Of a stretch of DNA of 64,000 nt, positions 51,430 to 61,666 are shown piece after piece (within the stretch, counting starts at the first letter, position 1; every line of letters begins with the position of its first letter). The DNA is from Patellaria atrata CBS 101060 (Eukaryota): NCBI GenBank assembly GCA_010093705.1, contig MU006089.1:3312061-3376060 (forward strand), in the 5' to 3' direction. The notes under the pieces were generated by a model. That model searched no databases, had not been told where the DNA came from, and saw only the letters and a list, made by a program, of their open reading frames with translations. The translations under genes and the position numbers were made by a program.

Positions 51430-51500
51430 TGCATTCTCCGGGAATCGAACCCGGGGCCCGTCGATGGCAACGACGGATTTTACCACTAAACCAAGAATGC
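51430..51500 (-). tRNA. tRNA-Gly (anticodon GCC), intronless
   Basis: Reverse complement GCATTCTTGGTTTAGTGGTAAAATCCGTCGTTGCCATCGACGGGCCCCGGGTTCGATTCCCGGAGAATGCA: acceptor stem GCATTCT/AGAATGC, anticodon stem CGTCG/CGACG around TTGCCAT, and GGTTCGATTCC T-loop. Confidence 0.97.
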
Positions 51501-52935
51501 TATAGGCTTGTTTGATATATGAATAGCAACGCAATGGGTACTATATAAGTACAAAAAATAATTGGGGTATGGGGGAAAGCGGACAACTATCATTGGTAAG
51601 CGAGCGTCGCCAAGAGTTGGCCTCTTACAAAAGTTTGCCATGTGATAGCATATACATGCTCATAAGGGGGACTACTCGAATAAAATATTTTGCAAAAATA
51701 GAGGGCCTACGCCAGGGGCTCTGTAAGTATGCTTTTAAGGTTTTACCGCTAAGTCTTAAGATTATTTTGTATCCGAGTTGAAAATGGAAGGAAGTACTGC
51801 TCAGGTCACGTGTTGGTCGCCGTCATTTCTAGTTCTAAGTACACATCCTTTCCTCCTCTCGTCACCTCAATACTCTTTCATTTCATCAACATACGTGATT
51901 CTCGAAAATGACAACTACAGAAATAATGATTTTCGAAAGGACCAAATAGGTCTCGCAAGGAAACTCATCCCTCCTGTTATAATGGGCTCTCCTTGGTTGG
52001 TTCACGCATGCTTTTACGCTCGCAGAACGACACCCAAGCGTAGGTTTCGATGATTTTCCTAAGTTCTCAACGTTATATAAATCTATACTCCTTACAGTCG
52101 TTATTCGATCTGGTAGTTACATACGAGCCACAGATCATTTTATAGGAATAGTACAGTAGCATAGGGATCTACGACGAAGGGTAGGGTCATTGTGAATATC
52201 AGGATCTTTCTAGTAGCAAGGGATTACTCCAGCGACAAAAGTATAATTGGAACTCGAGAAATACAATTCATTTCTTCAACTAGTTAATGCTTCATTATAG
52301 TTTACTCTGAAAGAGGATACATTAGGTATCTCATGATGCACCATCTTTTGCATTGTTGCACTTCACTCTTCAAATATTTGCATTGACGAAGTCTACGTAC
52401 CTTTCAAATGACAATTTCCACACCGATTCACTTCACATAACTTTCTTTTACCGCATACTTATTGAAGCGCTCCAAACAAACGACAATGCGCAATAATCCG
52501 AGTCCAGCTGCACGTGTTAGCCCTTCCGCAAAAAAATTTTACCTTCATCACCAGCTCTTAAGAAAAAGATCTCACAACTACGCTCTCTCTTCAAACCTGT
52601 CTCACTGTTCAAGGCCAAACATAACTCACTCAGCTATCACAATTGAACCTCGAGGGTTTTATCACTCAACAGAAGTAGGTCCATTCGAAATTTTCACATT
52701 CAACCTCATCCTTAATTTGAGTCTTGATCACGAGAGATACAACATTACCGCAATTTCCACTGTGTATTCTTAAACTCTTCATCACACTTGCACTTTGGAA
52801 ATGATTCTCAACCATTCCCGCTTATTGAATTCGTAACGCCAATCTGACACATAGGAAGCCAGCCGTCCCAGTTACCAGAAATCAATCAAATTTTCCTTCT
52901 CCGCCTTTTTACCTCACTATCCATAAACCGTCATC

Positions 52936-53691
52936 ATGAATACTCAACCCACACAAGTTGTACAAGATCAAGCACAGGCCGCTCATACCACCGTTCAAGT
53001 AGTTGTACCAGTTATCATCAAGCTGGATGTACTCAACGGGAATTTTTTCACCATCACCGTCAACGCACGCCTACTGAGGGCGTATAGCTCTCGTGCCTGG
53101 GCCAGACTCACCGATGATGCTCAGTGGGCTCCCGCAAAGATCCTCAATCTCCCATACCTCTCCACGATTCCGGATGCGCTCACATGTATCGTCGGCTGGA
53201 TGAAGATGATTGGGATGCCAAATCCTGTATTGAGGGTTGCGGACGTGGGATATCCCACAGAGGGAAGGTTCGAGGAATTTGTATGGCTATACAAGACGTA
53301 TTGCCTCTTGGGGATCCCAATGCCCCAGCATGTGTACAAGCGAACCCTACAGCGCTGGATTGATGGGTCTGGTGGGAGGATCATAACTCCCGATGAACTG
53401 GACATCGCCTGGGATGCTCTGGACCCAGCGGAACCAGTGATCAAGACTATAGTCGCAAGACACGCTTGGAGAGGGTACGCGGGACGTGTACTACGTGAAT
53501 GTGGTACCACCCACCACGGAAGGGTTGAAGAATGGGTGGCCCAAACAATGCAGGAGGCACCAGAGAATGTGCGGATGGAGGAGGTGACGCTTTGGCGTCA
53601 TAAATACTATATGGAAACGGAGACGGTGGGAATGTGCAATTGGCAAAGACGCTTAACACGAGGACCCCCTACAAATGGCGAGCGGGATTAG
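52936..53691 (+). CDS. Hypothetical protein, divergent BTB/POZ-like family member A (251 aa)
   Basis: ITVNARLLRAYSSRA...ILNLP...DALTCIVGWM, then ELDIAWDAL...VARHAWRG...EEW...ETVGMCNWQRRL shared with neighbouring ORFs. Confidence 0.7.
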   Translation: MNTQPTQVVQDQAQAAHTTVQVVVPVIIKLDVLNGNFFTITVNARLLRAYSSRAWARLTDDAQWAPAKILNLPYLSTIPDALTCIVGWMKMIGMPNPVLRVADVGYPTEGRFEEFVWLYKTYCLLGIPMPQHVYKRTLQRWIDGSGGRIITPDELDIAWDALDPAEPVIKTIVARHAWRGYAGRVLRECGTTHHGRVEEWVAQTMQEAPENVRMEEVTLWRHKYYMETETVGMCNWQRRLTRGPPTNGERD

Positions 53692-54200
53692 GTACGAACT
53701 CCTTGTTTAAGGTCTATCTGTACATGTCTAACTAAAACTATCCAGGGGTACCATGGCTAAATACGGAGAGAATGTACCACTCTATACGCCGTACTCTAAT
53801 CGTGTCTAATCTTATCCTATCCTCCAATAACCATAACCTAGGACTGTGCTTAGCTGCGATTGGCTACGAATAATGTTGTACGATATGAATAATGGCGGCA
53901 TCACGACATGATCACTTTCTAGTTAACAATGGCATTGTATTGCAGAGTTTCATACCGCTTTAATTCCCGAATTTTCTCCCCTCAATTAATAACAATGTGG
54001 TTGATGTGCACAATGTCAATAGTCAACTAATGATTTAACTGATACAAATCCCAACTAGAATTTTACAAAGCAGAGAGATTGAAAACAGTAAATCTTATCA
54101 CTCTTAGCACCATATACCGCTTCTGGTAAGACTTTCAATCTATTCACATCTTCATCCCCCAAGCCTTAAACGAAAGATAATTTTTACTTCACTAACTAAT

Positions 54201-54971
54201 ATGGAAGACTTACTCCCACCTACTCGAGTCTCTACACTTTATCGCTCTAGACTGCACTTTCCAGAAGAACCCATTACTCCTCTCCCTCCAATCAGTCCAC
54301 TCATCCATCTCTCAGACACCACCCTCGTCGTACTCTCCGCCTGTCCAGACCCAGACTCGACCTTCGTCTACCGTACTACCCCCATCTCCCGCTCCCTTCT
54401 CCTTAAGCATAGTATCTATGCCGCACACCATCTCACTCCCGAAATATCAGAACTACGGCTTCCGAGTGGGTCCGCCACCCCGACATCATTAAACAATGTT
54501 CATGGATTATTCGCAATGCTTGCAGATGAGAAAGAGAATGGAAGAACTGGGATCAAGTTCAAGGAGGCAGTTTGGGCGTATCGGACCTTAAGTGTATTGG
54601 AGTGGAAGGCCATGGCGGACAAGGAGTATGAAAAGCTGAGTAAGTACATACTCGAGAAACCGGATGTCAAGGATGAGGATCTCGATATCGTGTGGGATGT
54701 TCTTGAACCAGGTGAGAGGCTGTGGTGGGATGTTGTTGATAGATTTGGGTGGAGAGGTGAGGCTGTAAAGCAACGATTCGAAACTTTAGGGGTGAGTAGA
54801 TTGGGGACAGAGAAGAGGAGGGGTATTGAGGGTTGGGTGGATGAGATGGAGGACTTCTTTGAGAGCGAGCGGTTGAGGAGTCATAAGAGGTACGTGGAGC
54901 TGGAGAAGTTTGGGGATTGTGAGTGGCAGAAGAGGTTAGTGGAGGAGGGCACTAGCGGGAGTCAGTGTTAA
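54201..54971 (+). CDS. Hypothetical protein, divergent BTB/POZ-like family member B (256 aa)
   Basis: TPISRSLLLKHSIYA...ELRLP, then DLDIVWDVL...VDRFGWRG...EGWV...EKFGDCEWQKRL. Confidence 0.7.
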   Translation: MEDLLPPTRVSTLYRSRLHFPEEPITPLPPISPLIHLSDTTLVVLSACPDPDSTFVYRTTPISRSLLLKHSIYAAHHLTPEISELRLPSGSATPTSLNNVHGLFAMLADEKENGRTGIKFKEAVWAYRTLSVLEWKAMADKEYEKLSKYILEKPDVKDEDLDIVWDVLEPGERLWWDVVDRFGWRGEAVKQRFETLGVSRLGTEKRRGIEGWVDEMEDFFESERLRSHKRYVELEKFGDCEWQKRLVEEGTSGSQC

Positions 54972-55486
54972 GTTTAGTATATCTACCTCGTTCAAAATAT
55001 ATTCAAGTTTACATATACTTAACACCTTAGAATTACTAGAAAAAGGGTCATTTTCAAAAATTGATATCATCCGCCCCCCTGAAAAAACTCTAACAAAAAA
55101 GGAGCTAAATAATAATAGATAGCGTAGTTGGGGAGAAAATAAAGAACGACACAGCAAAAAACCGAATTCAGGTGACTTTGAAGTCAACTATGACGGCATT
55201 GCAGATAGACGAAGTACCTGCCTACTCGGCCATATGCCCGCGCTCTATGGAAGGAAGAATGGTTGGAGGTGCTTATGACTTGCAGACTGTGAGGGCAGTC
55301 ACTCGTGGTTTTGTACGTGCCTTCCTTCCCTCGTGGTTTTGTACATTACATACGCGCTGTGGGATCTTGCAGTCGATTACCTAGTTCTAATATGTTGTTC
55401 CCAGTTTTCGAAAGAAACCTCTTAACAATTATAACTATGATCATGACGTTTAGGGTCACAGACGACTCAGATATGGAACACACTCC

Positions 55487-55640
55487 ATGAACATGATGCC
55501 CAATATTGGGCGAGGAAAACAAGCCACTTGTTTCAACAAATATATATACATCGGTACCGGATCCGGTGTGTCGACCAACGGGATGATGGGACGAGTGAAT
55601 CGACATTTTAGTCACACTCACAGGGCAAAAGAACTGAGGT
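55487..55640 (+). pseudogene. Possible degenerate GIY-YIG nuclease fragment
   Basis: KYIYIGTGSGVSTNGMMGRVNRHF resembles the YIG...R-x3-H core. Flanking frames are broken and no intact upstream GIY motif is visible. Confidence 0.3.
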
Positions 55641-56112
55641 ACGATACCAATCCAGTAAGATTTTTGACAATAATACTAATATGGTTCGAAGAGGACATTG
55701 ACTACGAGGGAACAAATTACACAATGCAATTGAAAACAGATATTATAAAAAATACCACCACCCCCTGGATCTGGTGGCTGTACGAGAGAGCGAGAGTAAT
55801 CATCCGTCATTCCTGCACTACTGTATCTGTCACTTATGTGTCACTTTCTTCCAATAATTCTAGTTTCTTCTGTCTAAATTGTATCTGGTGTGTACAACGT
55901 ATTTGTGCAAGTCTTAAATTGCATATCTGGCTCGAACAACGTCTTTATCCCAGTCTGAACTACTATATCCATTTCTTCCATCATTAGTCGATATAAACTC
56001 CAAGATATCTCCTTTCTACAACCAGAACCATATCTACCATCTACCAGCTACCAGCTACCATCTACTCTCTTTGAATCGCTGGTCGGTCATACATCCTATA
56101 TATACGAACGCC

Positions 56113-56835
56113 ATGAACACCCTAACCCCACAGTCACCATTTCCTCTAAACACAACTATTTCATTCGAACTAATCTACCCCGTTTGGCCCCTTTCCCCTT
56201 TCACCAACATACCCACCTACCCGACCTCCATCATCTACACCTGGCTCAGATCCCACACCTGCTCCTTCTGCCGCACGAACCCCATTCCCTCCTCCAACCT
56301 CCGCTACGCCAGCATCATCATGACTCCCTTCTGCAGCGATCCTTTCACCCTCCCTTCCGGCCCCTCCTACACCACCCTTCCCATCTGTCGCTCTCTCCTC
56401 ACGCATTTCTCACCCTACGCAACTCGGTCCCTCGACCCTACGGGACCAGCGTTCTACCTCCCTTTCCGCATCCCTGACAACGCGGACAACGCGGCCGCAT
56501 TAGAGGCGGCGCTAGACGCACTCACCTACGTCTACGAGCGACTGCAGTATCTAGGCCGCGGCGTGATACCAGTACATCCCTTCGGATCGGACTGGGTGCT
56601 CGTGTCCCTCATTGCCGTGGAGAAGCCGGATATGCTAGATAACTTCCTCGCGCGCGTGTTGGCGAAGAGGATGTTTGCCGCGCTAGATATGCGGGACGAG
56701 GAGCGCTTGATGGGGTTGTGGTTGGGGCGAAGGTGGGAGAGGGTGTTTGAGGAGGAGGGGAGTCTGAATGCGTTGCCGGAGTGTGCGCCTTTGATGGATG
56801 GAGTGGTGTGGCGGGATTGGGTGGTGGATGTTTAG
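56113..56835 (+). CDS. Hypothetical protein, divergent BTB/POZ-like family member C (about 240 aa)
   Basis: ATG 56113; TLPICRSLLTHFSPYA...AFYLP...ALDALTYVYERL matches the N-terminal motif of A, B and D. The C-terminus is more divergent and lacks the WRG block. Confidence 0.6.
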   Translation: MNTLTPQSPFPLNTTISFELIYPVWPLSPFTNIPTYPTSIIYTWLRSHTCSFCRTNPIPSSNLRYASIIMTPFCSDPFTLPSGPSYTTLPICRSLLTHFSPYATRSLDPTGPAFYLPFRIPDNADNAAALEAALDALTYVYERLQYLGRGVIPVHPFGSDWVLVSLIAVEKPDMLDNFLARVLAKRMFAALDMRDEERLMGLWLGRRWERVFEEEGSLNALPECAPLMDGVVWRDWVVDV

Positions 56836-56949
56836 GAGGGGGAAAAGAAGGGTTTGAAGAGGATGAGGGAGTATGATGATATTGAGGAGTAGTGGTAATT
56901 AAGAATGATTCTAGAATAGTATATCACAATGTCATATTTTTGTTCAGAA

Positions 56950-57255
56950 ATTATGTATATAAGGTTTATATCTTTATCCTAAGTTTATGTTTATGAATCT
57001 TATAGCTTTATTATAAGTTCATGTATGTTAGTTTTATATCTTTATCCCGACTTCGTGTATACTATTCTTATATTTATATCCTACTTTTGTGTATATTAGG
57101 TTTGCATCTTTATACAAACTTCATGTTTGTTAGCCTTGTATCTTTATCCTAAGTTCATGTTTATTAGTCTCATATCTTTATTCTAAGTTTGTGTATATCA
57201 GTTTTATATCTTTATCCTAACTTCGTGTTTGTTAGTCTTATATCTCTATCTTTAC
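56950..57255. repeat. AT-rich minisatellite, 9 x 34 bp
   Basis: Units start at 56950, 56984, 57018, 57052, 57086, 57120, 57154, 57188 and 57222 (exact 34-bp period). Approximate consensus TTCATGTATATTAGTCTTATATCTTTATCCTAAG. Confidence 0.92.
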
Positions 57256-57783
57256 TGAGACATCTTAAATAAGACTATGTGTACATTAATAGACGTCCCG
57301 GATATTCTTGTAAGGAATTACCAGTGGTTCGTGATGAACAAAGCCTCAAGCAAATGGTATGTATTATGTTGTTACCTATCTGCTGGTCCTGATTTTATCT
57401 AACGGTGAATCACCTATTACCCTTTTAATCTAGATCAATATCCAGCTTCCATTCAGCCTCCAATCATTGGATCGATTAAAGTAACAATCAATCGGACAAA
57501 TCGTGAAAATTCTTCCCTTATTTTACAGTATAATCAAAGACACGTTAACTGTGAGCGTACATTGAACAAGCAATACCACGACGAGAAGCTATATAACTCT
57601 AGTATCACGTTCGCAAAAAGCATATTGTCAACATCACGTTCACAAAAGCGCCATTTTCAACATTGTTCACAATTCCCCAAAACACAACACAAACATTGTA
57701 CCCCGAGCAACAATGTACTCGACCTAATCATAAAGGAGGGTACTCCCACATATTCGATCTCAAACACTTTGAACGACGTCAAC

Positions 57784-59028
57784 ATGCCACATCGAAACGC
57801 CTCGAAGGCGTCCCCATCCCACAGTGACATGCCACTTCGCATCATGACCGCTCTGCGCTCCGCAGCTTCAACGTGCTCATTCGCATTGAGTGAACTGACC
57901 TGCTCCACCCCTACTACACCAAGTGACATGTCTATGCTGTCTCGAGTAAAGCGGGAGGCCGCGAACGGTGGTGTGGCGAAGGGTACGAGGTTGCGGAGCG
58001 AAGTGAAGACGCATTCGAGTGTGTCCATAGGCTTGGAAAGGGGAAAGCAGCAGTCTACTATGCCAGGAGGATCTGGTCCTAAAGCGCAAAAGGAGACTCA
58101 CTACAGGACGGTGAATCCATCTCCACAACCTAGGCCAGTCCTCCCTCCAGCATCCTCGCATAATCCCGATCTGGGTCTTTCTTCGGCCTCACACACCAAC
58201 CTTTATCATCTTCACCCCCAACCTAATCCAGCTATTTTGCCCTTCCATACCCGGCAGTCCCTCCTCCACGGCCCGAAAACTACCCTTCAGCTGCGTCTCC
58301 ACAACACCTATTCAAACGACCATCCTATGCCGCATCCCGAAATCAACAACGTATCCTTAGGCATTCTCTTGTTCTTTAGCCCCGCCATCCGCACTCACCT
58401 GGGTCCAAAACCCTGGAGACTCTCACCGGAGATCAAAATCCCTGAGGACGGGTCGATCCTCTGGGGGCTGAAGTACCTGGTAGGTTGGATGTACCACGTA
58501 TCCCGGACGCACAGACCGCGCGGATTACTAGACTATCGTGGGGAAATGGGAGACAGAGTGGTATACGGAATGGTGCTCGTGTGGAAGGCGTGTAGGGCAT
58601 TGGGCATGGTCATCGAACTCGGCGTCGTGGAACGGTATATTCACAATTTGATCTCTAACCCCTCAGTGCAGATGTCAGCAGAGGGATTAGACGTGTTTTG
58701 GGATGCGCTCCCGTCTTGGCATCCGTTCATCCAGATGGTGGTGGAGAGATACGGGTGGCGAGGCTTCCTGATACAGCAGGAGGAGGAGGCGCTGGATGCG
58801 AGTGTTATGATCAGGGAGCTCGCGGTTGCGAATTGGGTGGATAGGAATGAGAAGTATGTGCTAGAACATGGTAGCTTTGAGGATGGAGAGGGTGGAGAGT
58901 TTGAGGTACAGAATTGGGACAGAAGCCATGCAGCACACATTACTTATCTTGCGAATGAAGCGAAAGGTTCAATGAGGTGGCAGTTTGGGTTGCTCCTTGT
59001 GAATCCTGAGGCCAGTGATCAATTATGA
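57784..59028 (+). CDS. Hypothetical protein, divergent BTB/POZ-like family member D (about 414 aa, disordered N-terminal extension)
   Basis: First ATG 57784; NNVSLGILLFFSPAI...EIKIP...GLKYLVGWM, then GLDVFWDAL...VVERYGWRG...ANWV...NEAKGSMRWQFGL. Confidence 0.7.
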   Translation: MPHRNASKASPSHSDMPLRIMTALRSAASTCSFALSELTCSTPTTPSDMSMLSRVKREAANGGVAKGTRLRSEVKTHSSVSIGLERGKQQSTMPGGSGPKAQKETHYRTVNPSPQPRPVLPPASSHNPDLGLSSASHTNLYHLHPQPNPAILPFHTRQSLLHGPKTTLQLRLHNTYSNDHPMPHPEINNVSLGILLFFSPAIRTHLGPKPWRLSPEIKIPEDGSILWGLKYLVGWMYHVSRTHRPRGLLDYRGEMGDRVVYGMVLVWKACRALGMVIELGVVERYIHNLISNPSVQMSAEGLDVFWDALPSWHPFIQMVVERYGWRGFLIQQEEEALDASVMIRELAVANWVDRNEKYVLEHGSFEDGEGGEFEVQNWDRSHAAHITYLANEAKGSMRWQFGLLLVNPEASDQL

Positions 59029-59567
59029 ATGTTGACGGATTGGATAGCTTAAATCAAAGCAATTCTTGGATATGGAGTGGTAATTTAGAAAATGTGACTA
59101 ATGTGGCCGTGGCTAATATAGTAATAAAACTTGAAAATATGTATAAATCCAATTGACTGAAATAGATCTGAACCAACACACGCCAGAGATCTTTGTTCAC
59201 CTCGTAATCGATACACGTACACCCCTCCGTTTTGATATACGTACACCCTCCCTTTCAACTGATCGGGACGTAATACGCTAAGAGCTGTACGGAGCAATTT
59301 ATGCTGTAGAACCACAGTACGGCGTCGAAACCAGCCCTTCACACATTCTATGGAGTAGTCTAATAGCACGAGAGAGTGGAGTGGGCAGTTGGAGGGCATC
59401 GTGAGTTTGACTATACTAGACGATTGACGATTGATCACTGGAGTGTGAAAAGGAATATGTACATGTATCAAAACGGAGGGAGTATAGCGGTATCAATTAG
59501 GAGATGTACGCAAACGAGTGGCGCTAATGTATTAATTTCTAAGTAGAGAGGAGCCATGGATTAGACT

Positions 59568-60626
59568 CTAAGGGGGAGGAGTGAGATCCAAGCCGTCAAC
59601 CCTAAGATGAAATGAATCACTTCTTGAGTAAGAGCCGGCAACATCGAGATCGAGGCGTCCGCGTTCACAATCCTCAAAGTCAACATCTACCGCCAGTAGA
59701 CCGTCTGTAACCTCCCAAAGTGGGCCCTTAAGCACTTCCCCAAAGGGTGAAATGATGCAAGACCCACCCCTAGAAGCGTATTCTTCGTCATCCTCAGTAG
59801 ACGTAGTCTTTCCCGACGCGTATGTTCCGCCAGTTTGCGTTGTGCCGCGTACCCATGCTGGAAGATGCCTCTTCTTCGTACACTGGTTAGAGGAGAGCAC
59901 GAATGCTCTGCCCTCGGTAGCGGCAGTTTGCATAAGAGGTAGCCAAGTAGGGCGGAAATCTGCGGTTGGAGCTAGGTACAGATTTACGTTTTGAGAATAG
60001 AGACTGTATCTGAGTAATGGCATGTAGTTTTCCCAGCATATTGCAGCGGCGAGCGTTAATTTAACACCTTTGATAGTCGTAGTCACGGCTCTGAGTGTCC
60101 TAGTACTCCCTTGTGCCCAAATGAGTCTTTCCGATCCAGTTGGCATGACCTTTCTTCTCTTCCCGATAACTCCTCGTTGGGGGCATACGTAAACGACCGC
60201 ACAGTACAGACTACCAGCAGCTTTTTCGACTAAACCAGTAACAATAAAGACACCGGTTTCACTCGCTATTCTTTCAAGCTGTTCCCTTGTTCCGTCGCCT
60301 CTGTATTTTGATCCTTTCGCAACGGGTAGCTTGCGCTCAATCCAGTATTCCCCACTACCCTCATCACCCTTAGGGGTATCTCCGAGGTCAACAGCATCGT
60401 GAAAGTATGCCAGAAATTGTTCGCGGCCAATGGGTTCCCGGTTACCTACAGCAGCACCGAAGCTACAAGTACGGGGATACCCGCCTAGGTATGCTTCAGG
60501 GAAGAGGATAAGGTCGACATCAGCATATGCAGCTTCCCGGGCAGTGTCTTCAAGGTCACGGAGTGTTTCGGCTGTAGTAGAGAGGGTGTGCTTTTGAGCG
60601 ACAGCGAGTTTAAGCTTCTGCGGCAT
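59568..60626 (-). CDS. Nitrilase / carbon-nitrogen hydrolase (Nit1-like), intronless
   Basis: Glu-Lys-Cys triad motifs [28 protein letters not shown] and [13 protein letters not shown]-terminal [14 protein letters not shown]. Confidence 0.93.
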   Translation of the reverse strand: MPQKLKLAVAQKHTLSTTAETLRDLEDTAREAAYADVDLILFPEAYLGGYPRTCSFGAAVGNREPIGREQFLAYFHDAVDLGDTPKGDEGSGEYWIERKLPVAKGSKYRGDGTREQLERIASETGVFIVTGLVEKAAGSLYCAVVYVCPQRGVIGKRRKVMPTGSERLIWAQGSTRTLRAVTTTIKGVKLTLAAAICWENYMPLLRYSLYSQNVNLYLAPTADFRPTWLPLMQTAATEGRAFVLSSNQCTKKRHLPAWVRGTTQTGGTYASGKTTSTEDDEEYASRGGSCIISPFGEVLKGPLWEVTDGLLAVDVDFEDCERGRLDLDVAGSYSRSDSFHLRVDGLDLTPPP

Positions 60627-61666
60627 TGTTGGTGAACCTACACTGTGCTTAGTGTAATATCTAGATATGGTCCCAGGCGAGATATTAGGACAAGAGAAGG
60701 TTAGTCAATCCTTCAATTGAGGTTGACAGAACTCTTATATTCGGTCTTCCTGCAAATATCTCCCCGCTTGGACGGACAACGGGGACTAGCGGAGGTAGGA
60801 TAAGGTACGCCCTAGGTGAATAGTATACGACACTTGCAGAACTTTTCCTCTTTTATTATCTGGTACTGTATAATTTTTGTACAGACATTGGTGTACTATC
60901 AATTCCGGTTTGTCCTGACATCTCAATACACCGCACAGTCAGGTCGGAGGTTTCCTATACTGTACAGTACGAGATACCTTAGGGGCGCCATCACAAGGGA
61001 ATTGACAGTCCTAGAATTGGTCAATTGTCTCCGAAGATCAGTCGCGTGACATGTTTCGTTGCTCACGATCAAAATGACAGGACGGGACTCAGCATAAGAA
61101 CTTCTTCTGGAGATAAGATATATTCTGTTTGTTTGAGGATTCAAACATGTTCCCCTTCTACCGTCACCGTCGCCTACGAGGATGTATCGTACCTGACTAA
61201 GCCCCTTAACCGGGACTCGGTAGCGGAACGTGCGGAAGTGGGGGAAGCGTCAAAGCCGTTGCTAAGACACTAACCACGAATGAAATAGCTCCAATGTCAT
61301 TTTGTTCGGGGGCCTTACACAGGCGTGACAAGGTTCAATCTCCCTTTTTGCGCACAGCCTCCCAAAGAACCTCGCGCGACCTCTTTCTTTCTGTACATAT
61401 CTTTTCTTGAGAGATACTCTTTTCTTCTATTCAGCACGGATGCTTTTCTTTTAGACATTCATTCTTTTAAGATACTTTGTCTGTCCTTCTCATGAGGCTT
61501 GTCCACGTCGCAAAACTACCCTAGAGCTGTACACGCGATCTCACGTTCCCCGATCCTGAAGAGGAAATTCCGTATTTCTGAGTATTGTACTCGATTCCTT
61601 TATCCACTACCGCTTCTGGGGGATCTTCTCTGCCGTCAGGTCCTCCGAAATCACTGGAGCTTCATC

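Noticed and set aside
56950..57255. CRISPR-like array
   Set aside because: Units are contiguous with no unique spacers, no cas genes, and the context is eukaryotic.
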